Shown: positions 40,601 through 54,084 of the stretch, one piece after another
How positions within the stretch are numbered: position 1 is the stretch's first letter
How the letters are laid out: each line of letters begins with the position of its first letter
Assembly (NCBI GenBank): GCA_012295275.1
Contig: CM022678.1
Span: 13,826,001 to 13,890,000 of the forward strand
Length of the DNA stretch: 64,000 nt
Source: Chrysomallon squamiferum
Lineage: Eukaryota; Animalia; Mollusca
Direction: 5' to 3'
The notes under the pieces: model-generated
Told to the model about the DNA's origin: nothing
Database searches by the model: none
What the model saw: only the letters and a program-made list of their open reading frames with translations
Made by a program: the position numbers and the translations under genes

Positions 40601-43119
40601 GAGGCTATTGAGAAAATAAACAAATATCTTGATAAGTAAGTAAAGTTTTACCTTATTGAACCATAAAGCTGTTGGTCAAAGCATGCACATTAAACACTAA
40701 TTTTAATTTAATAAAATATCTGTTAGTTATTTCTTGGGATTTTTGTTTCGATTAATAACAGATAATGGTTGAAAATTACTTATTTACCAAATTTCAGTTG
40801 ATCTAATATATCTACAGTTATTAAGTTCTGCTTTAGATACATGACATTTCTAATCTTTATTCATGCTAATTCTAGTCTACATTTACAACAACTCTTGTCA
40901 AAATTTAAATTTAAAATCATTCATGTCCACATTTACAAAAACTCAAGTCTAAAGTTACACCAATTCTTTTTGTTTAGATTTATCATAATTCTGTTTTGCA
41001 TGTGTAACAGTTGTACCTTTCAACAAATCTGAGTTTTACTTGACTAGATTCATGACAGACTATGAGGCATGGATGGAGCTGTGCGATTTGTACATCACTG
41101 AACATGATTACATGAAGGCAGCATTCTGTATGGAAGAATTAATCATGTCAAATCCACACAATCATCTTTATCATCAGAAATTTGCTGATGTTCGTATTTT
41201 TTCTGTAGATTTTCATCATTGTTGCAACATTAAAATTGGGGTTTGAATGATTTTGTTGGCAGAAAATAAATATTCATTATTTTATGCAAGAGATATTATT
41301 ACTGCCAAACTGATACTGATAGAGAAAAATACAAGATCTGCATGATGTTTTTTACTGGGTATGTGTGGATCTGAACATATAATATGTTGTATGAAAATAA
41401 GAGAGAATTGTTCTAATAGCAAAGTCACAATTAAAAAAACACAATTTCCTGTCTGTATTAAAGAAAGACAAGAATACTTGATTTTCTGATACAATTAAGC
41501 ATCATCATTTATATTATTTCAGATTCACTATACAATGGGTGGTGAAGACAATATGAAGTTAGCCAGGTCCTATTACTCGCAAGCAGTAAAACTTAACCCT
41601 AACAACATACGAGCTCTCTATGGAATGTTTCTAGTGAGTAACTTTTTATTTTTTTCATTTTCTTTTGTCTTTCATGTTTTGTGTAATTAATTCTGGTTGT
41701 AACTCCTTATATCTTTAGTTCTTTTTTGTTTTTATAATTATTATAATTTTATCTAATTAATTATATTTATCATTCTTTAAAAAAATTGTTTTTTCTTTTC
41801 ATTTAACATTTTTTTTTATCAGTTTGTTTCAGTTACTTAATTCTTATGGTAGATATATTTTTGAAAACGTTTTTATTTTGTTTTTGGTAACTATATAAAT
41901 AAGATTGTTATTCTTTAAAAATTTGGGATATGTTAACTTTTTATTATTATTATTTTTCTTTTTATAATTTTTATCATATCTGTCCTAGCTAGGATTATTT
42001 TTACTATAAAAATTTTTATGTTACTATTTACTGTCTGCATGTTTTATCATATTTTTACTATTTATAATTATATATTTTTCCACTTTTTAAAATAATTTGC
42101 AATTATTTTGGAAAATCAAATGTTTTCTAAGATTTATAGGAATTGTTCATATAATTTAACCTTTTTTCCTTCACATTTGTTCTTTAAGTTTTTAATCATA
42201 ATTTATTATGTCTGCTTGGTTTAGTTAATGGTTAATACTTCATTTTTTATTTTTTTAAATAATTTAAGTATTTACAGTTGTTTTCAATCCTGCATTTTTA
42301 AAAATTTATTTTTATCATTATTATCATTTGTTTTAAATTTCAGCTATATTTGTTTTAGCTAATTCACTATTATTGTTAAAATATATATTTTAATATTTTT
42401 CACTATGTCTTAATCATTTTCTGTTATTAGTGTTTATTTTGGCTAATCAACAAATTCATAATTATGGCTAATTTTTATACATTTCTGGATTTTTAATTGC
42501 TTTTTAAATCGTTATTTTGTCTTTGTTTTAGTTTTCTATATATATATATTTCTGTGCTTGTCCTAGGCTAATTAACGATTAATGTTTTTCATATATAATT
42601 AAAATTTTGTTAATTTTTATTTTGTTATATATTTATTATTTATTGTTTTATTTTGTTTTTGTTTTTAATTTTAATGATTTAAAAAAAAAAAATATTATTA
42701 TTTGCTGGTTTCTAAAATGTTTACAAAATTTCTGTTCTTGTTTAGGTTGCTCACAAATGTTGACACAATTATTTTTTTACAAATACTTAAAAAGAAAAAA
42801 GTGTTAAATTGACACATTAGTGGTTTCAGACTTTTATAAATACTAACAATCCGAATTAATTAGCTGAAACCTGATTTTACTTCCATCATTTTAGTGTTTG
42901 ATTTTGGATATAGTACTAGTAGTAGTATGTTAAATTTTCATTTTTTTTTAGTCGTCTGTCAATTTAGCTACAGTTTTTGCCAAGACAAAATCCTCGCACC
43001 AGAGACAGGACAGCAGTAAATATGCTGCTTGGGCGGCAGAACAGATTACTATTTTATATAAGGTATTTGTATATTTTTTGAAGACTTCTTTTCTACAACA
43101 GCATGTATCTGTGTTTAAC

Positions 43120-43178
<59 letters not shown>

Positions 43179-43531
43179 GGTTTTATAAAATATCAACTAA
43201 AATAATTATAAATACATTAAAATTGAAATCATCATCTTCATAATTTTAGTAATTTTAAAATAAATTTTGGTATGTGAATATATATATATTGTAATATTTT
43301 TGTTTTATTTGAAACATGACTTATAATTTTGTTTGTTTAACTAGGTAAGAGTAATTGTAGTCAGATCCATTTGGCCAAAAATGAATCTATTTAAAATTCT
43401 GTTTATTCTTGTTCATCTGTATTTAAATATTTTTATTTTAGTCAAGCCAAACAGAAGAACAGCTAAAAGAAACCAGGGTGCTGGAATCTATTGAGAAGAC
43501 ACTGGAATCTCTACAAACATGGGAATATTAA
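34666..43531 (+). CDS. EMC2: ER membrane protein complex subunit 2 (TPR protein), 295 aa, 10 exons
   Basis: Exons 34666-34690, 36422-36535, 39505-39569, 39951-40036, 40272-40329, 40550-40635, 41048-41189, 41523-41633, 42952-43062, 43442-43531 (888 nt). Motifs [69 protein letters not shown] and [10 protein letters not shown] match EMC2/TTC35. Confidence 0.96.
39033..39112 (+). mobile_element. Possible single end of a pogo/Tc1-like MITE
   Basis: CAGCCAAACTTGTTTATAAA...GGACAGGTGGCCTTTAT resembles MITE termini; no partner end found. Confidence 0.25.
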
Positions 43532-44437
43532 AATATTGTTAATTGAAGAGTAAATATGTTTTGGTACAGTGGTAAACAGTGTGACAGAAATGTGATTGAA
43601 TACAGCTTATTTATTTTCACTGTTCAAGAGCATGTTAAAGTATGCTTTTTATGGTGCTAATAAATAAACTAGAACATTTTTAATCATTGTTGTCTGTCTA
43701 GATCAGATATTAGTTTATTTATTAAAATCAGCTTATAACTAAAAATTTCTTGTGTTGTGTCCAAAACTTTGATGCTCGGAGTCGACAAAAAATATGGTAT
43801 AAAATAACCTTTATGATTCAGTCATTTAATTATAGAAATAACTACAAATGATACTCAAATCTGTTACAAATTTTTGATTTGTCTGTGCAGATTTAATAAA
43901 AATAAATGCAATAAAAGGACTTATTATTTCCATATCTGTTTTATTGTTACAAATGTTAGTCTTGAGGGGGGGGAAAAAAATTTTATTTAGTTAATTTATT
44001 ATTGATAACGGAGATAAAAAAGTATTGTCCATATGGAAATCAGCAGAACCATTACACTCCAGTGTTATTTGTTTTTCTTTTTGAATTCTGAAAGATGTGA
44101 AAGAAAAATAACCTTTTATTTGTTAGATTTCTTTATTACATTTTTATAGACCTTACTTTGAATAGTTTTAGCAATCATGTGTTTATTAACCCTTTGTAAG
44201 TTACATCGAGGATTCATTATTATACACTGACAAAGTAACTATAGACTATATTTGAGAAATTATTCACAATCTTCAGAGGACAGACCTTAAATAATATTTA
44301 GAAGATATTGATAAGAATATAAAATACAGAGTTCTAATTATATAAATAATAATCAGTTCCAGCTTATAGTGTTACAATGAACTTATAAATAATTTTACCC
44401 AGTCTGGTGTACCTAATTTCAGATATTCATTATTGTA

Positions 44438-44913
44438 CAGTGGACTCTATTAAAACAAGCATTTATTTGACTAATCTGGATTTCTCTGTAAACCAGCACT
44501 ATATCGAAATCCTGTCCTGCTATCATTAATCTATTATTAACAAAATTCTAATAATCTTGTAGCTAATTCAAATTCTGGATATAAACTAAAGAACAAAATA
44601 ACTATTTATACATTAATTAACTTTGTCTACCTGGCAAACAAGTACAGTCACTTCTTAGACATAACTAGGCTATCAAGTGAGATGAAATTGTGCTTTGTTT
44701 ATGAGAATAATCATTTTTATTAAGGCTTAATAAACAATGATCCCATACTTCTTATAATTGCTAGCTAGTTCAGTAGATTATTGTTACCTCTAATTGATCC
44801 ACTCATTTTGATTTAGGGTCTTTTTAGTCATTTTAATTGTTCTATACTGGCACTCTGTCTCAAGCATCACATAACATTGATCTGAACTTAGCTGGTTTTG
44901 AGAGAGTCCATTG
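44438..44913. mobile_element. Non-autonomous Tc1/mariner-pogo type MITE
   Basis: 23-bp imperfect TIRs, CAGTGGACTCTATTAAAACAAGC versus the reverse complement of 44891-44913 (4 mismatches); TA on both flanks. Confidence 0.65.
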
Positions 44914-47900
44914 TATTTTCAAAATGAGAAATAATGTATGTACTTGTATTCAATATTAATAGATGTGAGCACAAAATCTGTTACAATGACAGCTGTAAGT
45001 TTATATTGTGAATGACAGTTTTTAACTTAAAATCAAAGCACCTGTGTAAGTTAATATTAAAAGTTAATATGTGAATAGGACCAAAACTGTAAAACTATAA
45101 TCATAATTGTTTCAGAAACAAAACAGTGTATTTTTCTGTCAATACCAAAAGAAAGTAATGAAGATATTTCATAACAGAACAGATCATTTATAAAATCTTT
45201 TGGAAACCTCATTTTAATATTGTATCCAGTGGCATTGTTATTGATAGCTAATAATAATTTGTATGTTTAAAATGCAATATAACTACAGCAATAAAATGTG
45301 TAGTAAAATTTCAGGATATACAAATGTTTATTTTTAATTATTGTTTTTATTTTTATTATATTTTAAAAACTTTTTTTAAGAAAAAAGTTAATTAACAATA
45401 AAGATGTTTAAAATTAAGGTAGCAGTGTTTAAACAAATTATTTGTATTTCAAGTAAATATTAAATTCTCAGTAAAAAGTTCATAAAATAAATAGTCTTTG
45501 AATTTAAATTATTCTGCATAATGGCATCAGTTAAATGCTTTTCTTTTTTAATGGACTTAATTACTATTTGTGACATTAGAACAGACTTGGTGTTAGAAAA
45601 TAATCAAATCTGTAATGAAATTATATTCATAGAAATCACTTTATATGATTTATTCACCTACTCATACACAAATTTCGATTGTTTCCATAAATGTAGTGTT
45701 GGTTTCATTTCTCCTATTGTTATTAATTAAGTATTACAATTACTCCTGTCTATTTCTAAGTTGTATTTCCTAAACAAAATATCATTAGCAGTATTTTTGA
45801 AAATTTTCATTAATCAGTAAAATAATAATGGTGAATAAATTATTAAATAATAATAATAATATACAAATAAAATAAGTAAATAATAAATAAAAGGGCAGAG
45901 AACATGCTAGAAATTTGTATTAAAAAAACATATACATTGCCTAAATTTTATATTTATGCATTTGTGTCTTAAGAATCAGATATAATCTGTCTAGATGAAT
46001 TAAAACAGTATTTTGGAGGTTTTTGAAATTTGAGATTTTCAACCATTTAGATTATGTTATGAAGAACGAAATTTAATCAGTCATAATTTAACCTGACTAA
46101 ACAGTTACGAAATAACAGAATACAAGAATTATTTGAATATCTTTATAATTTCAAAACAATTAATTCAAGAAAACACCAACATTAAATCTTGCATTACATA
46201 CGACCATAAAGAAAAGAAGTGGATAATAACAAAGGCTTATTTAAAAAAACAAAAAAATTCAAAACAAAGAAACAAATAAATAAATAAATTTAGCCATCTC
46301 TGTAGCTAAAGTTTTCAGTTTTCTGATTTTGAAATTTATTTTATAACTGAAGATCCAGTCATTAAAATTTACTCTATTTCAGGCAAGTGTCAGTAATATT
46401 AATTATTACTATTGCTATTTTCTTATTAGTTGTTATTTTATTAATATTTTCACTTCATTATTATTTTATTTATCATTATTTTAAGATTTCAGAATAGTTT
46501 CAATTCCATTTGATGAATGACGGTTTGCTTAGCTGATTATCTTGGATGTGTGGAAGCTTTGTAATTTATTCATTTACAGATTACAGATTGCAGTCAAATT
46601 CTGACAATTTGAAAAGTGTATCTTCACATTAACTATTCAGATTTTCAAAACAAAAAACAAAGAACAAACAATTAATAATTTTTCTTTTTATTGTTATAAA
46701 CTCTAAATTAGTGTTAAAACATACAGACAGAATAAAAAGACAACATAATACATATAATTCATTATTTAAATTGTTTAGTAAAATATTATTTAGCTTACTT
46801 TATAATTGTTTCATATGAAATAACTAATTCATTAATTTACTAAAAAACCACAAACCCACAATTAATTAGGATGAAAAACAGAACAGTATTTATATACCTT
46901 AACTGGGGTTCATAGTAAATTGCAAATAGAAGCAATTCATTAAGGCTGTTTACAGCTTTATAAAGTATAATAATAAAGAAATGAAACCATTTTTGCAAAA
47001 AGAAACCTTTGAAACATCTAAAAAAAAAAAAAAAATTAGTTCCAGATAATAAAGAATAGTTTTAAATATCAGTATAGAAAATCAAATTTTATTGATCAGA
47101 TCCTTGTACTTGAATGGACAAACACATTTTAAATTAAATAATCATTATCAATAAACATTCAGGGATACTGCATTAACCTCAGACAAGTGAAGGTGAAATA
47201 TCTCACCCAGTGATTTGACAAATTCACATTTCCAGCTATTTTGATCACTGGCCAAACTCTTGCATAATTTTTAACAACAATAATTACTCTAAAATGCAGT
47301 TAACAACAAGAAAAAGTACATTAAAAAATTAAAATTCAGTTTATTTTAAGTTGTTTTATAAACATTTTCAATCAATGAGAATTGAGTCAACTTCCTGAGA
47401 ATAGTCTTGTGTTCACTGCAAGCAATGCAAGTACAAATCATTTTCTAGACAGTCTACAGGGTATGTATAAAGTAAATTATTCAGCAAATGAAGACAACTG
47501 ATTTTATTTTCCTTATATATGTATAATATATTCTATATTATTCAACAAACTAAAAGAAATGAACAAATAAATAAATAAATAAATAAAAGTTCTTTTTTCT
47601 TAATGTTTTCATATTCTGAATAATCAACTGTCCAATAAAACACTTTTCATGACCATGAATATTTACAATGTATAAAAATGCTGCATTAAAAACTGTTTTT
47701 CCTAAGAAAAGTAAATTAAAAAACACAATTAAATATACAAATTTTTATATATATAACAAAAATAATGTCAACCTGATTCTGAACCCATGGTTAAAAAAAG
47801 GAAAAAATTGCAATGAATATACGTAACTTATTACCCACCTACACACATTAAAATATCACAATTTCTTTTCATTCTTCTTTTTAAAATTTTGAATTGATAC

Positions 47901-48580
47901 TTCAAAATAGTTTGACATTATTTTAATTATTTCCTGTAACTTTAATTAATTATTTTTTGCAACTGTTATCAATTAACATAATTGCTAGATTATATATACA
48001 CACACACACACACACACATATATACAAATGGGTGATAATTACAAACACAAGAGGTCAAATCAAAATTTACAATAGTAAATAAAAACTCACTGACAGTCCA
48101 GTCCAAGTAAATGTTCTAACAGAGTGATTCACAAATTTAATTAGGACACACCAACATACATTTACAAATCAAATATCCTTTAATCCAATAATTCTAGACA
48201 TCAAACAATGAATAGCTGGCTGTCACCAGTCAGTATTCCCTCGTGAAAGCAATTGTTATTTATACCAAACATACCCAGAGTACACTTGTACCTTGTCTTT
48301 GATATGAATCACAACCTCATATTCACCACTTTACGTACAGTTGAAGTATTCTGCACAATCCATTTATTTCCTCACTTTATTATAATTCTGTGTATTTCCA
48401 TAAAGCAGTTATTATTTAATATGAGTTTCACTATTTTCATGCACACCTGCACAATTAAGCAGTATCAGTGGCATACAGTAGCCAAATCCAAACAGTTTTC
48501 AGTAAAGGTATTTTTCTAACTAAAATTTTCCCATGTTATTCCAAACATTTTAAAATATCTCTTACATCTGCTTTAAGTGT

Positions 48581-51500
48581 TTACAGATAAGTAACAATAT
48601 CACATGAAAACTCTGTATCTACACTGGAAACATCGACATCATCATCTCCTGAGTCATTGGCATGGACATTCATATCAATATGGTTTAGTCTGCTAGTCTG
48701 CTTTCTTTTCTGACCTTGACATTTGGGCTCTTTTTCTGAGCAGTGGGCAGCCATAATGGCTGAAAGACTTTGAAGATCCAGAGAATTTGTATAATAAGAT
48801 TCTTTTCTTTTGCTTTTCTCCCAGGTTCCACCTTTACTCTTGAGCATTTTTGGAAGTTTTGAATCACAATTTTCATGGACTGAGACACTATGGAATGAAT
48901 TTAAACGTTTGGCAAAAATGTTGACAAAACATCCATTAGTTTCATTAAGGCCTGCCTCATCTTCACCATCGTCTTCATTTCCAGTGTTCATCCATAGCAT
49001 TTCATTTATATCTCTCGTCTGTCCATCTGTTTTCCCATCCAATTCCAACCTAAAACACCTCCCATGCATATTAATTGTTGATTCTTGCTCTTCATCTAAA
49101 CCATCATTATTCTGATCTGTCTTTTCTGAACATCCTGGCTTTGTGATGATGTGGGCTACAACTCTTGTGGAACCATCTTCATCTTCAACCTCTTTTACTG
49201 TGATGGTATCTCCATCTTGGACGGGACAGTCATTGTGATGTGTGTATGTTTGGCTCTGCTCCGTCTCACCTGAGCTAACTGTCTGGTGCACCAGTACCTC
49301 TACTTGATGAGAATTTGTCAGCTGGACATCTACAACTAGCCATTCAGGTAAACTGGTTGAGAAATGTTCTACTGCAATTTGTGGCAGTGATGACTGCTTG
49401 TTATCTGAAACAAAAAGAGAAAAATAAACAAAAATACTGCAACATTTATATGGAGTGGTTTTTGTAATACCTTTAATTTAACAAACAAGACATTTTATAA
49501 ATGTAGAGACAGATATGTGTAATTGTGAAATCTGATTAGGACCATTTTGATAATGACAGAGGAAATCACAACCAGCACATGATTGGCCATTCTCGTATTT
49601 AGAAGCAACAATAAATGAAACCTAACAGAAAACTGTTTTATTACAGTAACAACAGTCAAATTTTTTTTTTTAAATCTTTAAAGAACTTTAACTTCTTATA
49701 ATGACTAAAAGTTTATTTAACAGAAAGCCTTAACTGTATTCAGCAGTGAGAGATTCTTACCATTTTGATCTATCATTTCCTCAGTCTTCATCTCGAATTG
49801 CATATTCTTGTTTTTATTGTGGTTCTTTTTGTAATGTTTGTGTAGCTGGTACCCACCAATGATAGGCAGTGCTACCACACTAATGCCAAGTAGACCAGCT
49901 CCAGCTACAATTGCCATACTCCCCAAAACAATACCACTGAGAATTTTCCCACCTAGAAATATCAAATCAAATTCATATTCCGATCAGGATTCAGAGGAAA
50001 ACAAATTTAAAAAGTATTGTACAACAGTAACTTATAAAGAAATACCATAAAACAAATAATTTATATTTGATAAAAAGCAACATTTAGTATAGCACTAATA
50101 TTAATTCTCTTCTTTTTTAAAAATTAAAAGAAATGATTTTTGTCTTCAATATAAAAACGGTTAATAGGTGGTTTACATATATACATAAACAGATAGCAAG
50201 AAATAAACCCATTTAATATGTTATTATGACTAATATTTATTTTCTCCTTTCCCAGAGTGTAAATTGAATATGTCTGCATAAAACAATTCCACAGACATTT
50301 CTGAATTTCAAAGAAGTGAATGAATAAGAAAGCAAACTGTCCCAGAGACAAATAGCTAGGAATCAGGAAATAACTATCAGACAAGTTAAGGAGGAAATTT
50401 TCATTTAGTGGGCAGGTTATAGATCTAGACATTGGAAATATAGATACGGTCACTAATATTTCATGGCTAAATATTCAGTCACAATGGCTAAATATTCAGT
50501 AGTGGAGCCTATTTAAAAAGTCAGTGCAAAGCTTACTATGTCCTTTCACTTTAAATTATAAAAATAAACCCTTGAAATATATAATAAAAAAAAATTATAA
50601 AATTAATAAATTAAAAACATACTGAAAACTGCTCCTCTAACAAGTCGCCGAATGACTGGTTTATCAGGCAGCAAATTGTAGCGACAGCCAAAAGGACTGA
50701 ATCGACTGAAGTGATCACCTAGCAATTTGATGCTCCAGTAACGATTGCCGCAACGATAACAAAATGAAGTCTTGCAACCAACACACGTCATATGGTCACA
50801 TCCTGTTGTTCTCTGAATATATATCTGTTAAATGAAAACAAATAGAAATTAATTAAACAAACACACATGTATAACTGTGTGCGTGTATTTGTCTGCTTAC
50901 ATCTGACATCATTAATAATCAACCTTCCTGAAAAGTTCTTGGTTATGACATTGTCCATTTTCAAACTTCCATTTTGTAATATCATATACAGTATATATGT
51001 TGTTTTTCAATTGATTTTCAGAAATATAATAGTTTGTAATTTTTAACTCATTTGCTTGTTGAATAACAATAATTCATATTTTTAACCAGTCTTACCAGTG
51101 TTTGACAGATACAGTAGCTCTTGATAGAACTATTAAGAAATCATCTCCAACTGGATGTTTCTGTGATTCTTAGTTAATTTCATTTTTTACAATGTTACTA
51201 ATTTTCCTCTTTTAAAACCCCTAATTACTGTCACCATTAATACAGTCTGGATATATATATATATAAATAAAAAATCCAGACTGTATTAATGATCATATTA
51301 TTATTATATATATATATATATGTATCCTAATTTTGGAGAAAAATGTGAAAAAAGAAATAAAAGCATGAAATAAAAAGACGTTTGTTTCCACAGAACTTAC
51401 AATCGTATCAAATAACCAACAGTAAACTTGTCTATACAGATTTGTAAAAACACCATAGCTCATCTGAACTAAATGCTTAACTAGCAATTAATACAAATTT

Positions 51501-53079
51501 CATTTCCAGTTGCTGGTTAAAAAGAAAAACTAATTAAAAGAGTGTGTTAATGATTGTGGGAACACCTAAAATTTAATTTTCTTAAGGGTGGTAACAGAAA
51601 CAGAGACACCAAAGAATGTAAAATTTAAATAACATGCAAACAATATATTTCAAAAATAATATTTCCAAATTAACAAAATGATAATTTCACCTCCACTTGA
51701 AGATACATGACTTGAATGACTAATTGTGGTATTTCTAATCTTTGTGAAGTACTTTAAAAAAGTAATGTACAGTCATTTATTGTGTGCATATTAATTATAC
51801 TATCAGTAAATACAAAAACAAGGAATAAGTCAAATTGAAAATATCTAGAAGATAGTGTCATTTTATGAGAACTGCCATATCTGTTTAAAAATACCTTGCA
51901 CTTTGGACATCTTTTTGCATTTTGCTGCCCATGTTGATACTGTGATGCCCAGGTTTTTACAAGCTGGTCACCTTTTTTAAACTTTTTACAAGTGATACCT
52001 CTGTGTATTGGAGCCTGACATGGAAAACACCATTCAAGTTGACATTTCTCACAAGTGATTTCCAAACCCTTCTTTTTCACTCTCTTCATGTACTTTTTAT
52101 AATGTTTGAGTTTCTTAGATTTCTTCACATCCATTTTAAGCAAGTAATCATCTAGGTTGGTAACATGGCTGCACTGAGGACAAGTCTTTATCTTAGGGTC
52201 CTTGTTGGCATCAATAAGAAATTTATAAAATTTTTCTTTCAGGTCAAGAGGCAACCTAGCAAGTATTTCATCACGGTGGATGTAGCTGTTACATTCACAG
52301 TTGAGACATTCAACTTTGACAATGGCCTGACCAACTTGAGTACTCAGATAGATCTCCATACATTCTTCACAAACTGAAAAAGAACAGCACAAACGTTTTC
52401 TGATTTTTTTGGTTTCTAGACAAATTTGACATGTTCCACTCTCCAGAGGATTATGGGCATAAGGCAATGTTGGTGGATGACTGGGTATTATTGAAACAAT
52501 GTTAAACATATCATCATCATCATCTGAATCAAAATCTGAAAAATCATCTGATTCACTGTTGTCGCCCTGGCCAGCATCTTCATCACTGCTGTCACTTCTT
52601 TCAAATCCTTTATTTCTCATGTTCTCAGATACTATTAAATGTTTCATATTTGGTGTAATGGTACTAACTGTTGGCAGACCAGGCATTTCAGGTTTAGAAA
52701 CTGACACAGAATGAACCTCACTCCAACACCCTTCTTCTATATCATGATTACCAGGTATGTCTAAAACTGTATCACCAGGCTCAACATTTAAAAAATTGTC
52801 AACTGCATCAGCTAGTTTGACTTCAGTGTTAATTGTTACATCAGGATTTCGCTCTCTTCGTCTTCTTCTTCCAAAACTCCGGGCAATATCCATCAGGCGT
52901 GGAGTTTGTCTTAGGCGAATTCTATCTATAATCTCTGAGACTGATTCACTCAGTGATGTATTTAGATCATGTGTTTTATCTCTTACGCGATTTCTAATTC
53001 TCTTTAGCAACCCCTCCTTTTTTTCCAATCCGTGAATCCTAAAAAAATCGTTTTGGTCTTGCAAATCTCGTAGAAGCAT
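48581..53079 (-). CDS. RNF217: RBR-type E3 ubiquitin ligase RNF217-like (RING1-IBR-RING2, hydrophobic membrane segment, long C-terminal tail), 800 aa, 4 exons
   Basis: Exons 53079-51895, 50824-50623, 49952-49761, 49404-48581 (2403 nt). RING1 CQICLE..CC..VCEEC; IBR CPQC..CEKCQLEWCFPCQAPIH; RING2 CPKCKIYIQRTTGCDHMTC with the catalytic Cys. The RNF217-specific segment GDHFSRFSPFGCRYNLLPDKPVIRRLVRG is present. Confidence 0.92.
51235..51291. repeat. Perfect 18-bp inverted repeat with a 21-nt AT loop
   Basis: CATTAATACAGTCTGGAT ... ATCCAGACTGTATTAATG. Confidence 0.9.
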
Positions 53080-53497
53080 GTCAGGAAGAAATTAATTTCT
53101 ACGTATATTTTTATATGATATTCTTTTCAGAATCAGTTACAGTAAGTATAACGAATTTAGAACAAAATGAGGCTTATGTGTCGCGATACAATTCACTTTC
53201 ATAGACCATAGCTTTGTTGTTTGTTGACATCCGCCATCTTCAACTTCACGTTTTCCACAATAACATAACAATACTGATCGCTAAAACGAACTAAAGTTGA
53301 TCGAACATTCGAAAACTGATCTTATATATACGTACTTTGACAGAAGCAAGGAAATATATTTACAATAGCGCTATAAAGACTCCATATTTATGTTTTCTGA
53401 ATATTAATGCTGTACTAAAAATAATCCACCAATCACCAGCCGCTTGTATAATAATTCATGTTCCGCATTTTTTGACAATGATTAATATTTCTTTAAT

Positions 53498-53529
<32 letters not shown>

Positions 53530-54072
53530 ATTTAATTTTAACGCATTTTTAGTACAACTATCAATTCTTCAAATGACAAGTATCAGTTTTCAACATTCTT
53601 ATAAAGATTTATTTCTTAACAAATAACTAGTATATCACTATATGTATAAACAAATATATATAATTATATATATATATATATTTTTTTTCGATCCTTTCGG
53701 TTTGAATTTATGAGCATTTAACGCTAATTATAAGAGTCATTTTTTTGTGATTATTTAACATTTTGTCGATTATGTGGTAGGGGAGTAGAAAATGTATGTC
53801 CTGATTTCATTCCTGATGTATTATTATTATTATGCCTTTTATATTTCTTATAGGGATTGTTAATTCGACGGCAATAAAAATTGTTCTGGTAGGCGATATG
53901 CCGCCGGAGACCAAAGTTACTTTTAAGGGTTCTGTTAAAGTATAACGGAAAACAATATTTTTGTTGGTGCCGTGGTGGGATTAACAACGTATTTAGCAAG
54001 TTACGGAAATACCGGACCCAGTAAACGTGATTGCGATGCTGCAACTTTTATATTCAAAATATTGAGAAGAGA
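53080..54072. promoter_or_regulatory. Divergent RNF217/PREP promoter region with a YY1-like motif
   Basis: About 1 kb between divergent ATGs; CpG-rich relative to both gene bodies; CCGCCATCTT at 53231-53240. Confidence 0.65.
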
Positions 54073-54084
54073 ATGAATATAGCA

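Noticed and set aside
48685-53035. Antisense and alternate-frame ORFs over RNF217 exons
   Set aside because: Shadow ORFs of the real coding exons with no recognisable motifs.
53751-54044. 97-aa minus ORF in the RNF217/PREP promoter
   Set aside because: Non-ATG start, no homology, includes an AAT repeat.
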